This document shows positions 51,888 through 64,000 of a stretch of 64,000 nucleotides of DNA, piece by piece. The notes beneath the pieces were generated by a model. It saw nothing but the letters and a program-made list of their open reading frames with translations. It was not told the DNA's origin and made no database searches. The DNA comes from Mobula hypostoma. Taxonomy: Eukaryota. Made by a program: the position numbers and the translations under genes. Position 1 is the stretch's first letter. Each line of letters opens with the position of its first letter. The stretch spans positions 142,850,001 to 142,914,000 of the forward strand of contig NC_086097.1 in NCBI RefSeq assembly GCF_963921235.1, in the 5' to 3' direction.

Positions 51888-53759
51888 AATATTGTATATA
51901 GTTTTAGTCATGGCGAGTAGGAGAATAAGGGGTGATCTTATAGATGTGTATAAAATCATGAGGGGCATGATTTTGTGTGAATGTGAATGCACACTGTCTT
52001 TTTCCCATGCCTGAGGATTCTAAAAGAACATGGGCTTAGGGTCGGGGGGTGGGGGGGGGGGAGATATAGTAGGAATGTGAGGAGCAACCTTTTCACCAAG
52101 GGGGTTGGGGGGGGGGTAGTGTCGGTACATACATGGAATGAGCTGCCAGAGAAAACGGTTGAGGCAGGTACATTAGCAGCACTTTAAAGACATTTAGATA
52201 AGTACATGGATAGGGAATGATTAAAGGAATAGGGTCAAGTACAGCCAAATAGTTCAAACTTTAAACATCTTGGTAGGCATTGATTGATAAGGCTGAAAGG
52301 CCTGTTTCTGTGCTATATGACTCTGACTCTGTGTCCAACGTCATTACTGACACTTATATTCCATTTGTGAATTCATTTGGACAGAATAGTAGTAATAAAC
52401 GTACAATTAGTTTCTTCTCCTAGGCTCTCCCAAAAGACCCCAATCACATTGCTTAAACCCATTTAATGCAACAGAATTGTGGTAGATTAGTAACAATGCA
52501 TGATCAAACTGAGTGCTCACAGAGCTCATTTAGAGCTAATGAAATTATACCTGCATTAAGTGTACAGAAGCATAAGCGTATGGATCAAAATGGTAAAGTG
52601 CCCCCGTGGACTGAACTATATAGAGATCAATTTATACAAAGAAGGATGCACTAAACGTAATTCTTACTTGGTGCACTAAATGCAGTTTGCCAGCAGCACC
52701 AGCAACAAAGCAAGAACACCTACAAGAAGAGGAAATAAGGACTTTCTCATGTATTGTGGTTCTCTTCCTTTTGAAAGCAACAGAACATGACCTGCATATT
52801 TATAGTTGCCTGTTATGCTGAGCTCACAGATGCTATATCATTCATGAGCTGGACACTGGGAAGTCGGTCAACTCATCTTACAAGCAGTTTCCACTGTGAT
52901 CAAAGAAATTTCAGTGGAGGCAAACTGAAAATAGGATGGATGTGGGATGGGCAGGGATGGGGGAGTGTTGAGGTGTTCTAGTCTCCTCATAGAGGCCCCT
53001 AGTGCTATGAAGCAGCACATTTGGGCTCTATGCCACAAGTGTGTCAATGCCATAAGTAACCGGATCATTGAAACTACAGAGCATAATATTTCCACATATA
53101 CAGAGTTGCTGCAGTCTGAAAACTGTGGTGAGGAGATCAGTAAATAAAAATAAGTGTGGGCAAGTCAGCGCTTAGAAAAGTAATTTCTCAGAGGAAACTT
53201 CACCTATGGTTGCAAACTTGCTATGTGGCTTGATCTTCCTTTTAGTTAGGTCAGAGATCATGAATTTTCTGGTAGAAAGGAAGTAATAAGTGCTTCATTT
53301 ATTGGTGATGTTATTGTAAATATGAATGACCTCGCAGAAATAACTCCCACACTGGGCTGAATTACTTCTGGAATTGACAGATCGAGTTTCCTAACAGGAC
53401 CCTTAGTTGGAAATAGTCATAAACATATCAAATCTTAAATACAGTAATATTTTTGAGCATGATTTACTTATTAAAAAATCAGTCTGAGCAATTTCTAGGG
53501 AGTATTCACACTTTCTTATGGTTGCAAAGTATGTGTAGCAGTGGATTATTAACCTTGAATGAAGTGCTACAGAATGTGCAATGTGATGCATAAGACAAGG
53601 TGGGTGTGGTTTATTCCAGGGCTCATTACTGGTTTGTTCTGGAAGTTTATTCATGTTATATTGCAGACCAGCTATCAGCTTGCCACAATAAATCTTTAAA
53701 GCAGTGACAACCTTAAATCAAGAATTGTTGTTTACAACCAATATTACTTACCTTATTTC

Positions 53760-54390
53760 GAAAGTCAAAGTTAAAAGTTCAAAAGTAACTTTATTATGAA
53801 AGTACATACAGTATATGCCACCATGTACTACCCTGAGATTCGTTTTTTTGCAGGTATTCTCAGGAGATACTAAGAAACACAAGAGAACCAATGAAAAACT
53901 ACATACAAAGACAGACAAACAACTAGTGTGCATAAGTAGACAAACTAAACAAATACAGGGAAAAAAACTAATAATAATAAATATATAATATAGAAAACAT
54001 GATTTGCAGAGTCCTTGAAAGAGAGTCCATAGGGTGATTAAAGTTATTTATGCTGGTTCAAGAGCCAAATGATTGATTGGCAATAACTGTTCCTGAACCT
54101 GGTGGTGTGGAACCTGAGGCTTCTGTACCTACTCTCTGATACCAACCGTGAGAAGAGAGCATGACTTTGATGGTAGGTGTCCTTGATGATGGATGCTGCT
54201 TTCTTGTGGCAGCACTCTTCGTGGTGACGTTCAATAGTGGGGAAGGCTTTTCCTGTGATAGACTGGGATGTCATCACTACTTTTTGTTAGGTTTTCGGTT
54301 CATGGGCATTGGTGTTTCCATCCCTGGCCATGGTGCAACCTGTCAGGATACTCTCCACTGTGTATGTATAAAGTTCAAAGCTAGGATGCC
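53760..54390 (-). mobile_element. Rex1/Babar LINE 3' fragment
   Basis: CCHKKAASIIKDTYHQSHALFS...RYRSLRFHTTRFRNS; VESILTGC. Confidence 0.8.
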
Positions 54391-54754
54391 ATTTTCTGAT
54401 TTTCTTCTGATGATAAGAGCCCTTCGTCGCCGAATGAACATGCATAGAAATCATAGGCGCAGACTTTTGTGTAACAAATATGCAAGACAAATTGCTTACT
54501 TAGATGTTCATGCAGAACACCATCCCTGCCCCCATAAATTAAGTGGCTCCTAGTTGAATTACTTCATCTTCCCACATGGTGGCAGTGGGTTGCTTTGGTA
54601 CAGAATTTCTTTGAGCACATCAAACTTCTGGATAGGAATGGAAGCACAAGGCCAATATTCCAATTCTTTCTTTTTATTCTTGATATTCTAATTTTGAATC
54701 TATCAACAGTTGAGTTACACTGATAGTGGGTGTAGAAGTACTGTGGTAACCAGT

Positions 54755-56154
54755 CATGGTGGCCCTCCGCTGGTCTAGGGTGACCATGGATGTTGAGTAA
54801 TAGAGGAGACCTCTATTGCAAAGGTCACAGCTATAAGTGATCTCAGCTCTGCTGGAGATGCAGTGTTCCTTTCTAAGGGCCCGTTACTCTTCTGCCGCTT
54901 TCAGGATTTTTTCCTCACCTGGTGTATTTTCAGAATGCTTCTCCACTGGGTGCGGTCAGCTACAAGTTCCTTTTAGGACTTAATGCTGATATCCAGCACC
55001 TTCATGTCCCATTTGCAAACAACTTTGTAGTACAGTTGTTGGTAGTCAGTGGTTCTCTTGTCTGAAGCCAGCTCACCATAGAGGATGTCTTTTGGGATGT
55101 GACTGTCTTGCATGCGGCGGATGTGGCCCAGCCAACACAGCCAATGTTGACTGAACAGGGTGTATATGCTTGGGATGCTGGCGAGAGAGAGAGAACCTCA
55201 GCACTGGGTACTCTGTCTCACCAGCGGATGCTCAAGATGCGATGAAGGCACCTTAAAAGGAAGCTGTTGAGCCTTCTCTCCTGCTTAGCATACGTTGTCC
55301 AGGTCTCACTGCCATACAGCAGTGTGCTGTTGACCCAAATGTTGTACACTGCTATCTTTGTTTTTATTGAGAGATTAGAATTCTCCCAGAGTCGTGGTGA
55401 GGCGGGTAAGAATTGCAGCTTTCCTGATGAGCTTGTCAATTTTTGTGTCTAAGGAGAGGTTGCCACTGATGGTGTACCCTAGGTATGTGAACTGACAAAC
55501 AACATTCAATTTGTAGTTATCAATGGTAATGACTGGTGGTGCCACCACATCTATCCCAAGACATTTTTCTTTTTCAGGCTGATAGTCAGACCAAATTCTT
55601 TGCAGGCCTGAGAGAAGTGACCTATCAAGCTCTGGAGGTGTTGTGGACTGTGGATTGCGACTGCTGCATCATTAGCAAACAGCATGTCTCTGATCATAGC
55701 CTCTCGCACTTTCATTTTCGCTCTTCGGTGAGGTTAAAATGCTTGCCATCTAATGTAGTGTGGAGGTAGAACTCCTCTATTGCAGTGCCAAATGCATGCT
55801 TCAGAAGAAGGACAGAAGATCCTGACGAGTACTGGGATGAGAACATAGCCTTGCTTAACATTACTGTTTATGTCAAAGGGCTCCGAAGAGCTACCTTTGT
55901 ACTGCACAGTCTCCTTCATGTTGTTGTGGAAGAATTTGATCATGCTTTGCAGTCTTGGCAGACAAATTTTCTCTCTCTGCCAACTCCAGAAGAAGTGCAG
56001 AGAACAAAAGAAGCCCTTCTATGTTACGCTTATTGATCTCACCAAAGCATTTGACTCAGTCAGCAAAGAGGGCAAGTGCAGAACATTGTCATCGGTCAGC
56101 AGACACAGGCTCTTTTGGAACCTCTCCAAGGTAGGCTGCCCACCAAAATTGCAG
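54755..56154 (-). mobile_element. RTE-clade LINE, 5'-truncated, with inverted 5' segment
   Basis: Minus strand: MIKFFH..., VKQG, LSIKTKIAVY...STLLYGSETWTTY...CLHRILSIRW; plus strand 55960-56154: IFSLCQLQKKCREQKKPFYVTLIDLTKAFDSVS...KVGCPPKLQ. Confidence 0.87.
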
Positions 56155-56189
56155 GGTAAACAGCATTCCTGGTCTTATTGGCCAAATCA

Positions 56190-56685
56190 TCAAGAATAGG
56201 TAGAAGAGGTAAAAGGCTGAAGAAGGAAGAATTTAATAAGAGAGGACAGTGGATCATGGACTTCTTCTGTTTTTCCATCCTCCATTCTGGTTACCCTTTC
56301 AACCCTTCTCTTCTCCTCACATGCCCATCACTTCCCTCTTGTCCCTCCCCTCCTTCTTTATGGTCCACTATCTTCTCCAATTAGATTCCTTTTTTGTCAG
56401 GTTCTTCCACCTATCACCTCCCAGTTTCTTACTTCATCCTCTCATCCACCCATCCACCTTCTCCCTCACCTGGTCTCACTTATCACCTGTTAACCTGTGC
56501 TCCTTTCCCTCCTCCTTAATCTGGCTTCTGCCCCCCCTTCCTTTCCAGTCCTGATGAAGGGTCTTGGCCTGAAATATCAACTACTTATTGCCCTCCATAG
56601 ATGCTGCCTGACCTGCTAAGTTCCTCCAACATTTTGTGTGAGTTGCTTAAGATTTCCAGCATCTGGAGAATCTCTTGTGTTTATA
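56190..56685 (+). mobile_element. Penelope-like 3' region, preceded by a short inverted piece
   Basis: Pyrimidine-rich tract, hammerhead motif at 56546-56583 and shared terminal tail; 56190-56260 is the reverse complement of part of the same tract. Confidence 0.75.
56546..56583 (+). ncRNA. Hammerhead motif, core intact, stem I weakened
   Basis: CAGTC CTGATGA AGG gtcttgg CCT GAAA TATC AACTA, at the 3' end of a Penelope fragment. Confidence 0.6.
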
Positions 56686-56689
56686 AGTG

Positions 56690-57560
56690 GATCCAAAATT
56701 GGCTTGGTGGCAGAAGGATGTTTTTGTGATTGGAAGCTGTCTGACAGGAATTGGTGCTGGGATATTGCTGTTTGTAATATACAATATGTAAGCTTGGATG
56801 TGAATAGAGTAAGTATGATTTGTAAGTTTGCGGATGACATGAAAATTACCAGGTTTTGGAAAGTGAGTAAAGTTACCTCAGGGTACAGCATAACATAGAT
56901 CAGTTGAAAAGTTGGGCAGAGTGTTGTCAGATAAAATTTAATCATAACGAGTGCATTTTAGGAAGACAAATACAGGTAGAACATATGCAGTTAATGTCAC
57001 TGAGGAATGGTGATGGACAGCGGGTTCTTGGGATTTAAGTCCATAGTTCATGAAAGTTGTAACACAGGTAGATAGAATGACAAAGAAGGCAAGTAGTATG
57101 CTTCATTCATTGAGATGCAGAATATAAGAGTTGGAATATTATGTTGCAACTTCACAAAACTCTGGTTGGGCAAAACTTTGAATATTTTGTATAGTTCTGG
57201 TCTATATAGTTCTATTAAAAAGATTATGAGATGCCTATATAGGGTGTAGCTAAAATCTGTTTCTTCTGGTACGGATATAATAGACAGGAGGGTATAGTTT
57301 TAAGATTAGAAGTAGGAGTTTTAAAGGGAATTTGAGTGGTAGGTTGTTTGACAAAAAAGGTGGTTGATAACTGGAATGTATCATCTGCCAGAGGAGATGG
57401 TAAAATCAGGTATAATTACTACATTTGAGAGGTGTTGAAGGCCAAAGGGACTATTACTGTAATGCACAACTTTATGACTCAACATATGTGTGGCCAGAGA
57501 AGGGCATGGGCATGGTGGGCAGAAAAGCCTGTCTTTGTGCTACACAAATTTATAATTATG
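56690..57560 (+). mobile_element. Old CR1 fragment
   Basis: MICKFADDMKI and downstream CR1-like remnants. Confidence 0.65.
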
Positions 57561-57619
57561 ATCAATAAAGGGTTGTGGGTGAGGAGGAAAAAAAGGCAAA
57601 GCTTCAATCAGAGAGTTCT

Positions 57620-60250
57620 GTTATTGGGGTCATTTGGCCCATTCATCATGGCTGATCCATTTCCCTCTCAGCTGAAGTCTCCTGCCTTTTCCCCATAACC
57701 TTTCATGCCCTGACTAATCAAGAATCTATCAACCTCTGCCTTAAACATACCAAATGACTTGGCCTCCACAGCTGCCTATGGCAACAAATTCCAGAGACTC
57801 ACCAATCTCTGGCTAAAGAAATTTTTCCTCCACTCCATTCTAAATGGACATCCTTCTATAATGATGCTGTGCCCTCTGGTTGTAGAACTCCACCCCCCCC
57901 CCACACCACCACCACCATAGGAAGCATCCTCTCCATTTCCACTCTGTCGAGACCTTTCAACATTCGATAGGTTTCAATGAGCTCCCCCCTCATTCTTCTG
58001 AATTCCAATGTGTGCAGGCTCAGAGCATGAATTGGTCCTCATATAGTACCCTTTCATTCCGAGAGTTATTCTCGTGAACCTCCTCTGAACCCTCTCCAAT
58101 GTCAGCAGATCCCTTTTTAGATAAGGGACCCAAAACTGCTCACAATACTCCAAGTGAGGCCTTACCAGTATTTGACATTATAGCCTTGCTTTTATATTCT
58201 AGTCCTCCCAAAATGAATGTGAACATTACATTTGCCTTCCTTACCACTAATTCAACCTCCAAATTAATATTTAGGGAATCCTACCCAAGGACTCCCAAGT
58301 CCCCTCGCACTTTGAATTATTGAATTTTCTCTCCATTTAGAAAATGGTCTACACTTTTATTTCGTCTACTGAAGTGCATGACTAGACACTTCCGCACGTT
58401 GTATTTCATCTGCTACTTCTTTGCTTATTCTCCTAGTCTGTTTATGTCCTTCTGCTGCCTCCCTTCTTCCTCAATGCTACCTGCCACTCCAACCATCTTC
58501 GTATCCTCCACAAATTTGGCCACAAAACCATCAATGCTGTCATCCAAGTCATCAACATATATCATGAAACGAAGCGGTTCCAACACAGACCCTCGTGGAA
58601 CACCACCAGTCACTGGCAGCCAACAAGAAAAGGCTCCCTTTATTTTCACACTTTGCCTGCAATGCTCTATTCATGCTAGTATCTTTCTTGTAATACTATG
58701 GACTCTTAACTTGTTAAGCAGCCTTACGTGCAGCACCTTATCAAAGGCCTTCTGAAAATCCAAGTATACATCATCCACCGATTCTCCATTCTTGATCCTG
58801 CTTGTTATTTTGGTAAAGAATTCCAACAGATTTATCAGGCAAGATTTTCCCTTAAGGAAACCATGCTGACTTCAGCCTTTTTTATCATGTGCCTCCAAGT
58901 ATCCCAAAGCCAGATCCCTAATAATTGACTCTGGCATCCAACCACTGAGGTTAGATAAATGGGCCTATAATTTCCTTTCTTCTGCCTCTCTCCCTTCTTG
59001 AAGAGTGAAGTGACAATTACAATTTTGCAGTCTTCCAGAACTATGCCAGAATCAATTGACTCTTGAAAGATCAAGACTAATGCTTCCACAGTCTCTTCAG
59101 CCACCTCTTTCAGAAACCTGGAGAGTAGACCATCTGGTCAGATGACTTATCTACCTTCAGACCTTTCAGTTTCCCAATCAACTACTCCCCAGAAATGGCA
59201 ACTTCACTCATTTCTGCCTCCTGACACTTGAACTTCCAGCATACTCCTAGTGTCTTTCACAGTGAAGTCTAATGCAAAATACTTATTCAACACACCCATA
59301 ATTTCCTTGTCTCCCCACCTCACTCCCCCCCTCCCCCACCAACCATTACTACCTCTCTGGCATTATTTTCCAGTGGTCTGATATCTACTTTCGCTTTTTT
59401 TTACTCTTCATGTAGCCAAAGAAACCCTTGGTGTCGTCTTTAGTATTATTGACTAGTTTACCTTTGTATTCCATCTTTTCCTTCTTTATGACTTTTTTAA
59501 TTGCCTTGTATTGGTTTTTAGAAGTTTCTCAATCCTCTAACTTCCCACTAATTTTTGGTTTATTATATGCTCTCTCTTTAGCTTTTATGTTGGCTTTGAC
59601 TTCCCTTGTCAGTCACGGTTGCATCATCCTGCCTTTAGACGTCTTCTTTGGCATTTATCCATACTGCGCCTTCCAAATTGCTTCCAGGAATTCCAGCCAT
59701 TGCTGCTGTGCTGTCATCTCTTCTAGTATTCCCTTCCAATCAACTTTGGCCAGCTCTTCTTACGTGCCTCTTTAAATCCCTTTACTCCACTATAATGCGG
59801 ATACATCTGATTTTAGCTTCTCCCTCTCAAATTGCAGGGTGAATTCTATCATACAGTATAATGATCACTGGCCCCTAAAGGTTCCTTTACCATAAACTCT
59901 CAAATCAATTTTGGTTCACTGCACTACGCCCAATCCAGAATAACTGATCCTTAGTGGGCTCAACCACAAGCTGCTCTAAAAAGCCATCTTGTAGGCATTC
60001 TACAAATTCCCCCTCTTGGGATCCAACACCAACCTAATTTTTCCAATCTACCTGCATATTGAAATCCTCCCATGATTATCGTAACATTGCCCTTTTGACA
60101 TGCTTTTTCTATCTCCTGTTGTAATTTGTAGCCCACATCGTTTCTACTGTCTGGAGGCTGGTGTACAACTCCCATCAGGGTCTTTTTACCCTTGCTGTTT
60201 CTTGGCTCTACTCACAAGGATTCTACAGGTTCCATTCCTATGTCACCTCT
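57620..60250 (-). mobile_element. Long CR1 LINE ORF2 relic (endonuclease remnant plus RT plus 3' end)
   Basis: GNVTIIMGGF (IMGDFN-like), VTSLFKKG...GNYRPIYLTSVVG, GVPRGSVLEPL, KFVEDTK. Confidence 0.88.
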
Positions 60251-60359
60251 TGCTTTCTTTTTTTAAAATTTTTAAATTTTTTTTTTGCTCAACATAACAA
60301 AACTTTCAATTTCCAGATACATTTACATTTACATTTCTTCCCTTCACAGATATCAAGTA

Positions 60360-60668
60360 TCAGAACTCTCCAATACTAGACTTACAATAGAAAGTAAAAC
60401 TCCACTTTAAAACGAAACTGCGTCATGAGACGAATACGCAGCATAATGGAGTAACTGTCGAATTAACTGACGAACTAAACTGAAACTAACTGCGTCACAA
60501 CAGTGGTTTCCCTTTATGTACCTGTTGAGAACATGTCATCACGTGACCTCACACTGGCAGGAAAATCACATCACTCCACCATCACAAGACCATTACATCA
60601 GGCACACAAGATACTCAATTACATCATGGTCATAAGACAGTCACAAGATACCTACGAGGTATGTAACA
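60360..60668 (-). mobile_element. Possible truncated LTR-like insertion
   Basis: Minus-strand start TGTTACATACC, TATA-like GTACATAAAGGG, interrupts CR1 sequence; no TSD found. Confidence 0.35.
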
Positions 60669-60859
60669 CCTGCCAGTCTCTAACTGTGCTACAAGTTCAT
60701 CTACCTTATTCTGTATACTGCATGCATTCACATATAAAACCTTCAGTCCTGTATTCATCACCTTTTCAATTTTGTTCCCATTTTGTCCCCCCTCTTACAC
60801 TGCAACTCATCCCATTGACTGCAATTTTGCCTTATCATCAGTCTGTCCTTGCTAGCAGC

Positions 60860-61760
60860 CTCTGTTTGTAAACCAACTGCCCCATCTCAGCCCTATCACT
60901 TCAGTTCCTATTCCCCTGCTAAATTATTTTAACCCCTCCCGAACAACTCTAGCTAACCTGCCCGCAAAGGTATTGGATCCCATCTGGTTCAAGTGTAACC
61001 CATCCCTTTTGTACTGGTCATACCTTTCCCAGAAGAGATCCCAATGATCCAGAATCTGAACCCCTGACCCCTGCATCAGTTCCTCAGCCACACATTTATC
61101 TGTCAAATGCTCCAACTTTTGCCCTCTCTGGTGCGTAGCACAGGCAGCAATCTAGAGATTACTGTGTTGGTGTCCTACTTTTCAGCTTTCTACCTTGCTC
61201 CCTAAAATCTCTCTTCGGGACCGTCTTTGCCTTTCCTGCCTATGTCATTGGTGCCATTATGCATCAAGACTTCTGGTTACTTACCCTCCCCTGTCAGAAT
61301 GCCATGGACTTGATCCGAGACATCCCTGACACTAGCACCTAGGAGGCAACATACCATATGGGTGTCCCTATGATGTCCACAGAATCTCATCTTTATTCTT
61401 GTAATTAAGGTATCTCCTATCATTACTGCAGAAATCTTCATCTCTCTTCTCTTCTGAGCCACAGCGCCACAGACACAGTCATTGTGGCTCCCCACTGGTA
61501 GGTCGATCCCTCAACAGTATCCAAAATCGTATACTTATTATTGAGGAGAATGGCCACAGGGGTACTCTGCACTGGCTGCCCAATTCCCTTCCTTCTCCTT
61601 ACAGTCACCCAGTTACCTACCTTCTGCAACCTAGGGGGTGACTACCTCCCTATAGCTCCAGTCTATCATTTCCTCAGTATCCCATATGAGTCAAATGTCA
61701 CTGAGCTGCAGCTTCAGTTCCTTAACACGTTCTCTGAGGAGCTGCAACTCAGTGCACCAT
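60860..61760 (-). mobile_element. CR1 ORF1 relic with SGNH esterase domain
   Basis: VMIGDT (GDS block), VCCLLGASVRDV, DHWDLFW...KRDGLHLN (DGLH block). Confidence 0.82.
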
Positions 61761-61799
61761 AAGTGTGATTCTAGTCAGTGCTATTGATTTTAGGGTACT

Positions 61800-63420
61800 A
61801 ATTCAAGTTCCAGTTCTGGTTATTGTCATGATAACCGCTAAACAAAACAATGTTCCTACAGACGAAGGTGCATAGCACAGTACATATAACTCACACATAT
61901 AACATTTAATGTTAGATTACCGGTAGTAAATTAACAAATAATAAGGTGCATTTATGATATAGTTAAAAAGTAAACAGTGTAATGCAATTGGCTCTACATG
62001 CATGATGAGACCTTGGTGGAGGCAGGGAGTTCCGTAGACTTATGGTCTGAGGGAAGAAGCTGTTTCCTATCCTAACAGTCCTTGTCCTAATGCTATAGTA
62101 CCTCCTCCCTGATGGTAAGGGGGTAGGGGGTTCAAAGAGATTGTTGGATAGATGGGAGCGATCATTGACAATGCTAAGGGCCCAGTGTATGCAGCGCTCC
62201 TGATAATTATCTCTATTGGGTGGAAGAGATCTGATAATCCTTTCAGCCTTGCAATTCCTGTACCAGACAGTGATGCAGCTCAACAAAACCCTCTTGATGA
62301 TGCTTCTGTAAAACCGGGTTAGAATGGGAGAAGGGGGAACTTCATTTGCCTCAATCTCCTCAGGAAGTGGAGATGTTGCTGTGCTTTCTTGATCAAAGAG
62401 GTGGTGTTGAGGGACCAAGTGAGATTGTTCGTGAAGTGTATCCAAAAAACTTGGTGCTCCTGATGACCTCCATGGAGGAACCATCTATATGCATTAATAA
62501 ATGGTCAGCCTGTACCTTCCTAAAGTCCACAATCCTTTCTGTGGTCTTATCCACATTGAGACTCAGGTTGTTATGCTCATACCATTCGACTAGCTGCTCT
62601 ACCTCCTCTGTTTAAACCATCTCATCATCATTGTTGATCAGGCCAATGACTGTTGTGTCATCAGCCACCTTGATGGTTTGGTTTGAACAGGATTTAGCAG
62701 TTCAATCATGCATCAGCAGCGTGAACAGCAGTGGGCTAAGCACACAGCCCTGAGGAACTCAAGTGCTCAGCGTGATGGAGCTAGAGATGTTTCTGCCAAT
62801 ATGGACTGTAGCCTTTCTGTCAAGAAACCTAGGATTCAGAGAGGTGTTGAGACCCAACGACAACAGTTACCCACCAACTTCTGAGGGATGATCGTATTAA
62901 ACGCTGAGCTGAGGTTGATTTATCTGCATCCTGGCACACGAGGCACCATTTTCAGATGGTACAGAATAGAGTGGAGGCTATGGCATCTTCAGTTGACAAT
63001 CTGAGCAATAAACGAGCTGGAAAGGGTCCAGTGTATCAGGAAGATGGGATTTAATGCGATCCATAACCAGCTACTCAAAGCACTTCATTATTGTTAAAGT
63101 CAGTGCTACTGGACAGTAATCGTTGAGGCAGGTTACTGTCACCCTCTTGGGCATCGGAATGTTGGTAGCCACCTTGAAGTCTGAGGGGACAGTGGACTGT
63201 TCCAGAAAGATGTTAAAGATGCGTGTTATAATGTCTGTTAACTGTTGCAAACAACGTAGCCTAGAGACTCAAACCTTGGGTTGAACTGAAAAGCCACATC
63301 GCAGTGTCTGGCCATGACATCGCAATGTCTGTCATGTGCCACACTGAAGGTTCACATGAAACCTGCTACTGTGAATCCCTCAGCACCCAACAAGGTATGT
63401 TATCAGGCCCCGCAACTTTG
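61800..63420 (-). mobile_element. Rex1/Babar LINE RT relic
   Basis: ILTRFYRSII..VLLSCITVWY, LPSGRRYYSIRTRT..NSFFP, KVADDTTVIGLI, VALTLTIMKCFE. Confidence 0.85.
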
Positions 63421-64000
63421 AAAGAAAGAACAGAAGAAATTCTTCCATTGCCCTGGCCATACTCAGATCCCAACTAATTCCACCAGGAAGAGATTAATTA
63501 GACATTTACCTCATACTGTTTGTTTTGTCTTGTCTACACAACCCCAGTGAATGCACTTCAAAAAAGAATTAATGTATTTGAAGCAATTAAAGATGTGTCT
63601 GAAAGCTGATGAATACATGTTCTTGCTTTCTAATTGGTGTAGTTTAAAGGAATCATTTAATTGGGAACAAGACAGACAATAACAAGGCTTAAATGCTATT
63701 CAAAGTATTGCCAGAGAGAGGATGGTTTACAAAAGCACTTGAAAAACAAACAAATTACTTAGGAGGCATGTCATTTTCCAGTTCTTAAAAGTTTTTAAAT
63801 ATCCAAGACTATTTCATTCAAAATTTGATGGCGTGGTATTTATATGACAAGACTAGTTTAAGACTAATAGCATAGAAAGTGAACATTCAAATCTCATCAT
63901 GGGAGTTTTGAGGACATAAATGTATGAAAAATAGATCTTATAAGTGACCATGAAGCGACTGAATTGTTATAACAAACTTTGGTGGGAAGGAAATCTGTCG

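Noticed and set aside
47428..64000. Search for the next upstream KIF9 exon (ending ...LLFE)
   Set aside because: No matching peptide with splice sites found by eye; the region is mostly transposon relics, so the exon probably lies beyond the window

Overview
AT-rich vertebrate genomic DNA; the repeat repertoire suggests a cartilaginous fish, probably a ray (inference). The only host gene is a kinesin KIF9 orthologue on the minus strand. I traced 14 consecutive internal exons (47427 down to 3511) with GT-AG boundaries and consistent phases: 1572 nt, 524 codons, from the motor-domain 'GETNRII...SSRSH' through 'DLAGSER' to the C-terminal 'FDIWYNESF'. I did not find the 5' or final exons in the window. 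The introns are filled with nested, mostly decayed transposons: CR1, Rex1/Babar, L1/Tx1, RTE, Penelope-like elements, tRNA-derived SINEs, Tigger and hAT-Charlie relics, a BEL/Pao relic and solo LTRs. The most interesting observations are: (1) repeated minimal hammerhead-ribozyme motifs in Penelope terminal repeats, including an intact-looking copy at 40983-41018 and tiny TSD-flanked ribozyme-only insertions, nearly all antisense to KIF9; (2) a 141-bp-arm near-perfect palindrome; (3) a local direct-plus-inverted duplication bracketing a KIF9 exon; (4) two same-family solo LTRs with perfect 5-bp TSDs bracketing the switch-II exon; (5) a twin-priming-type 5' inversion in an RTE. All assignments come from reading the sequence and recalling protein motifs; no database searches were run, and repeat boundaries are approximate unless a TSD is given.
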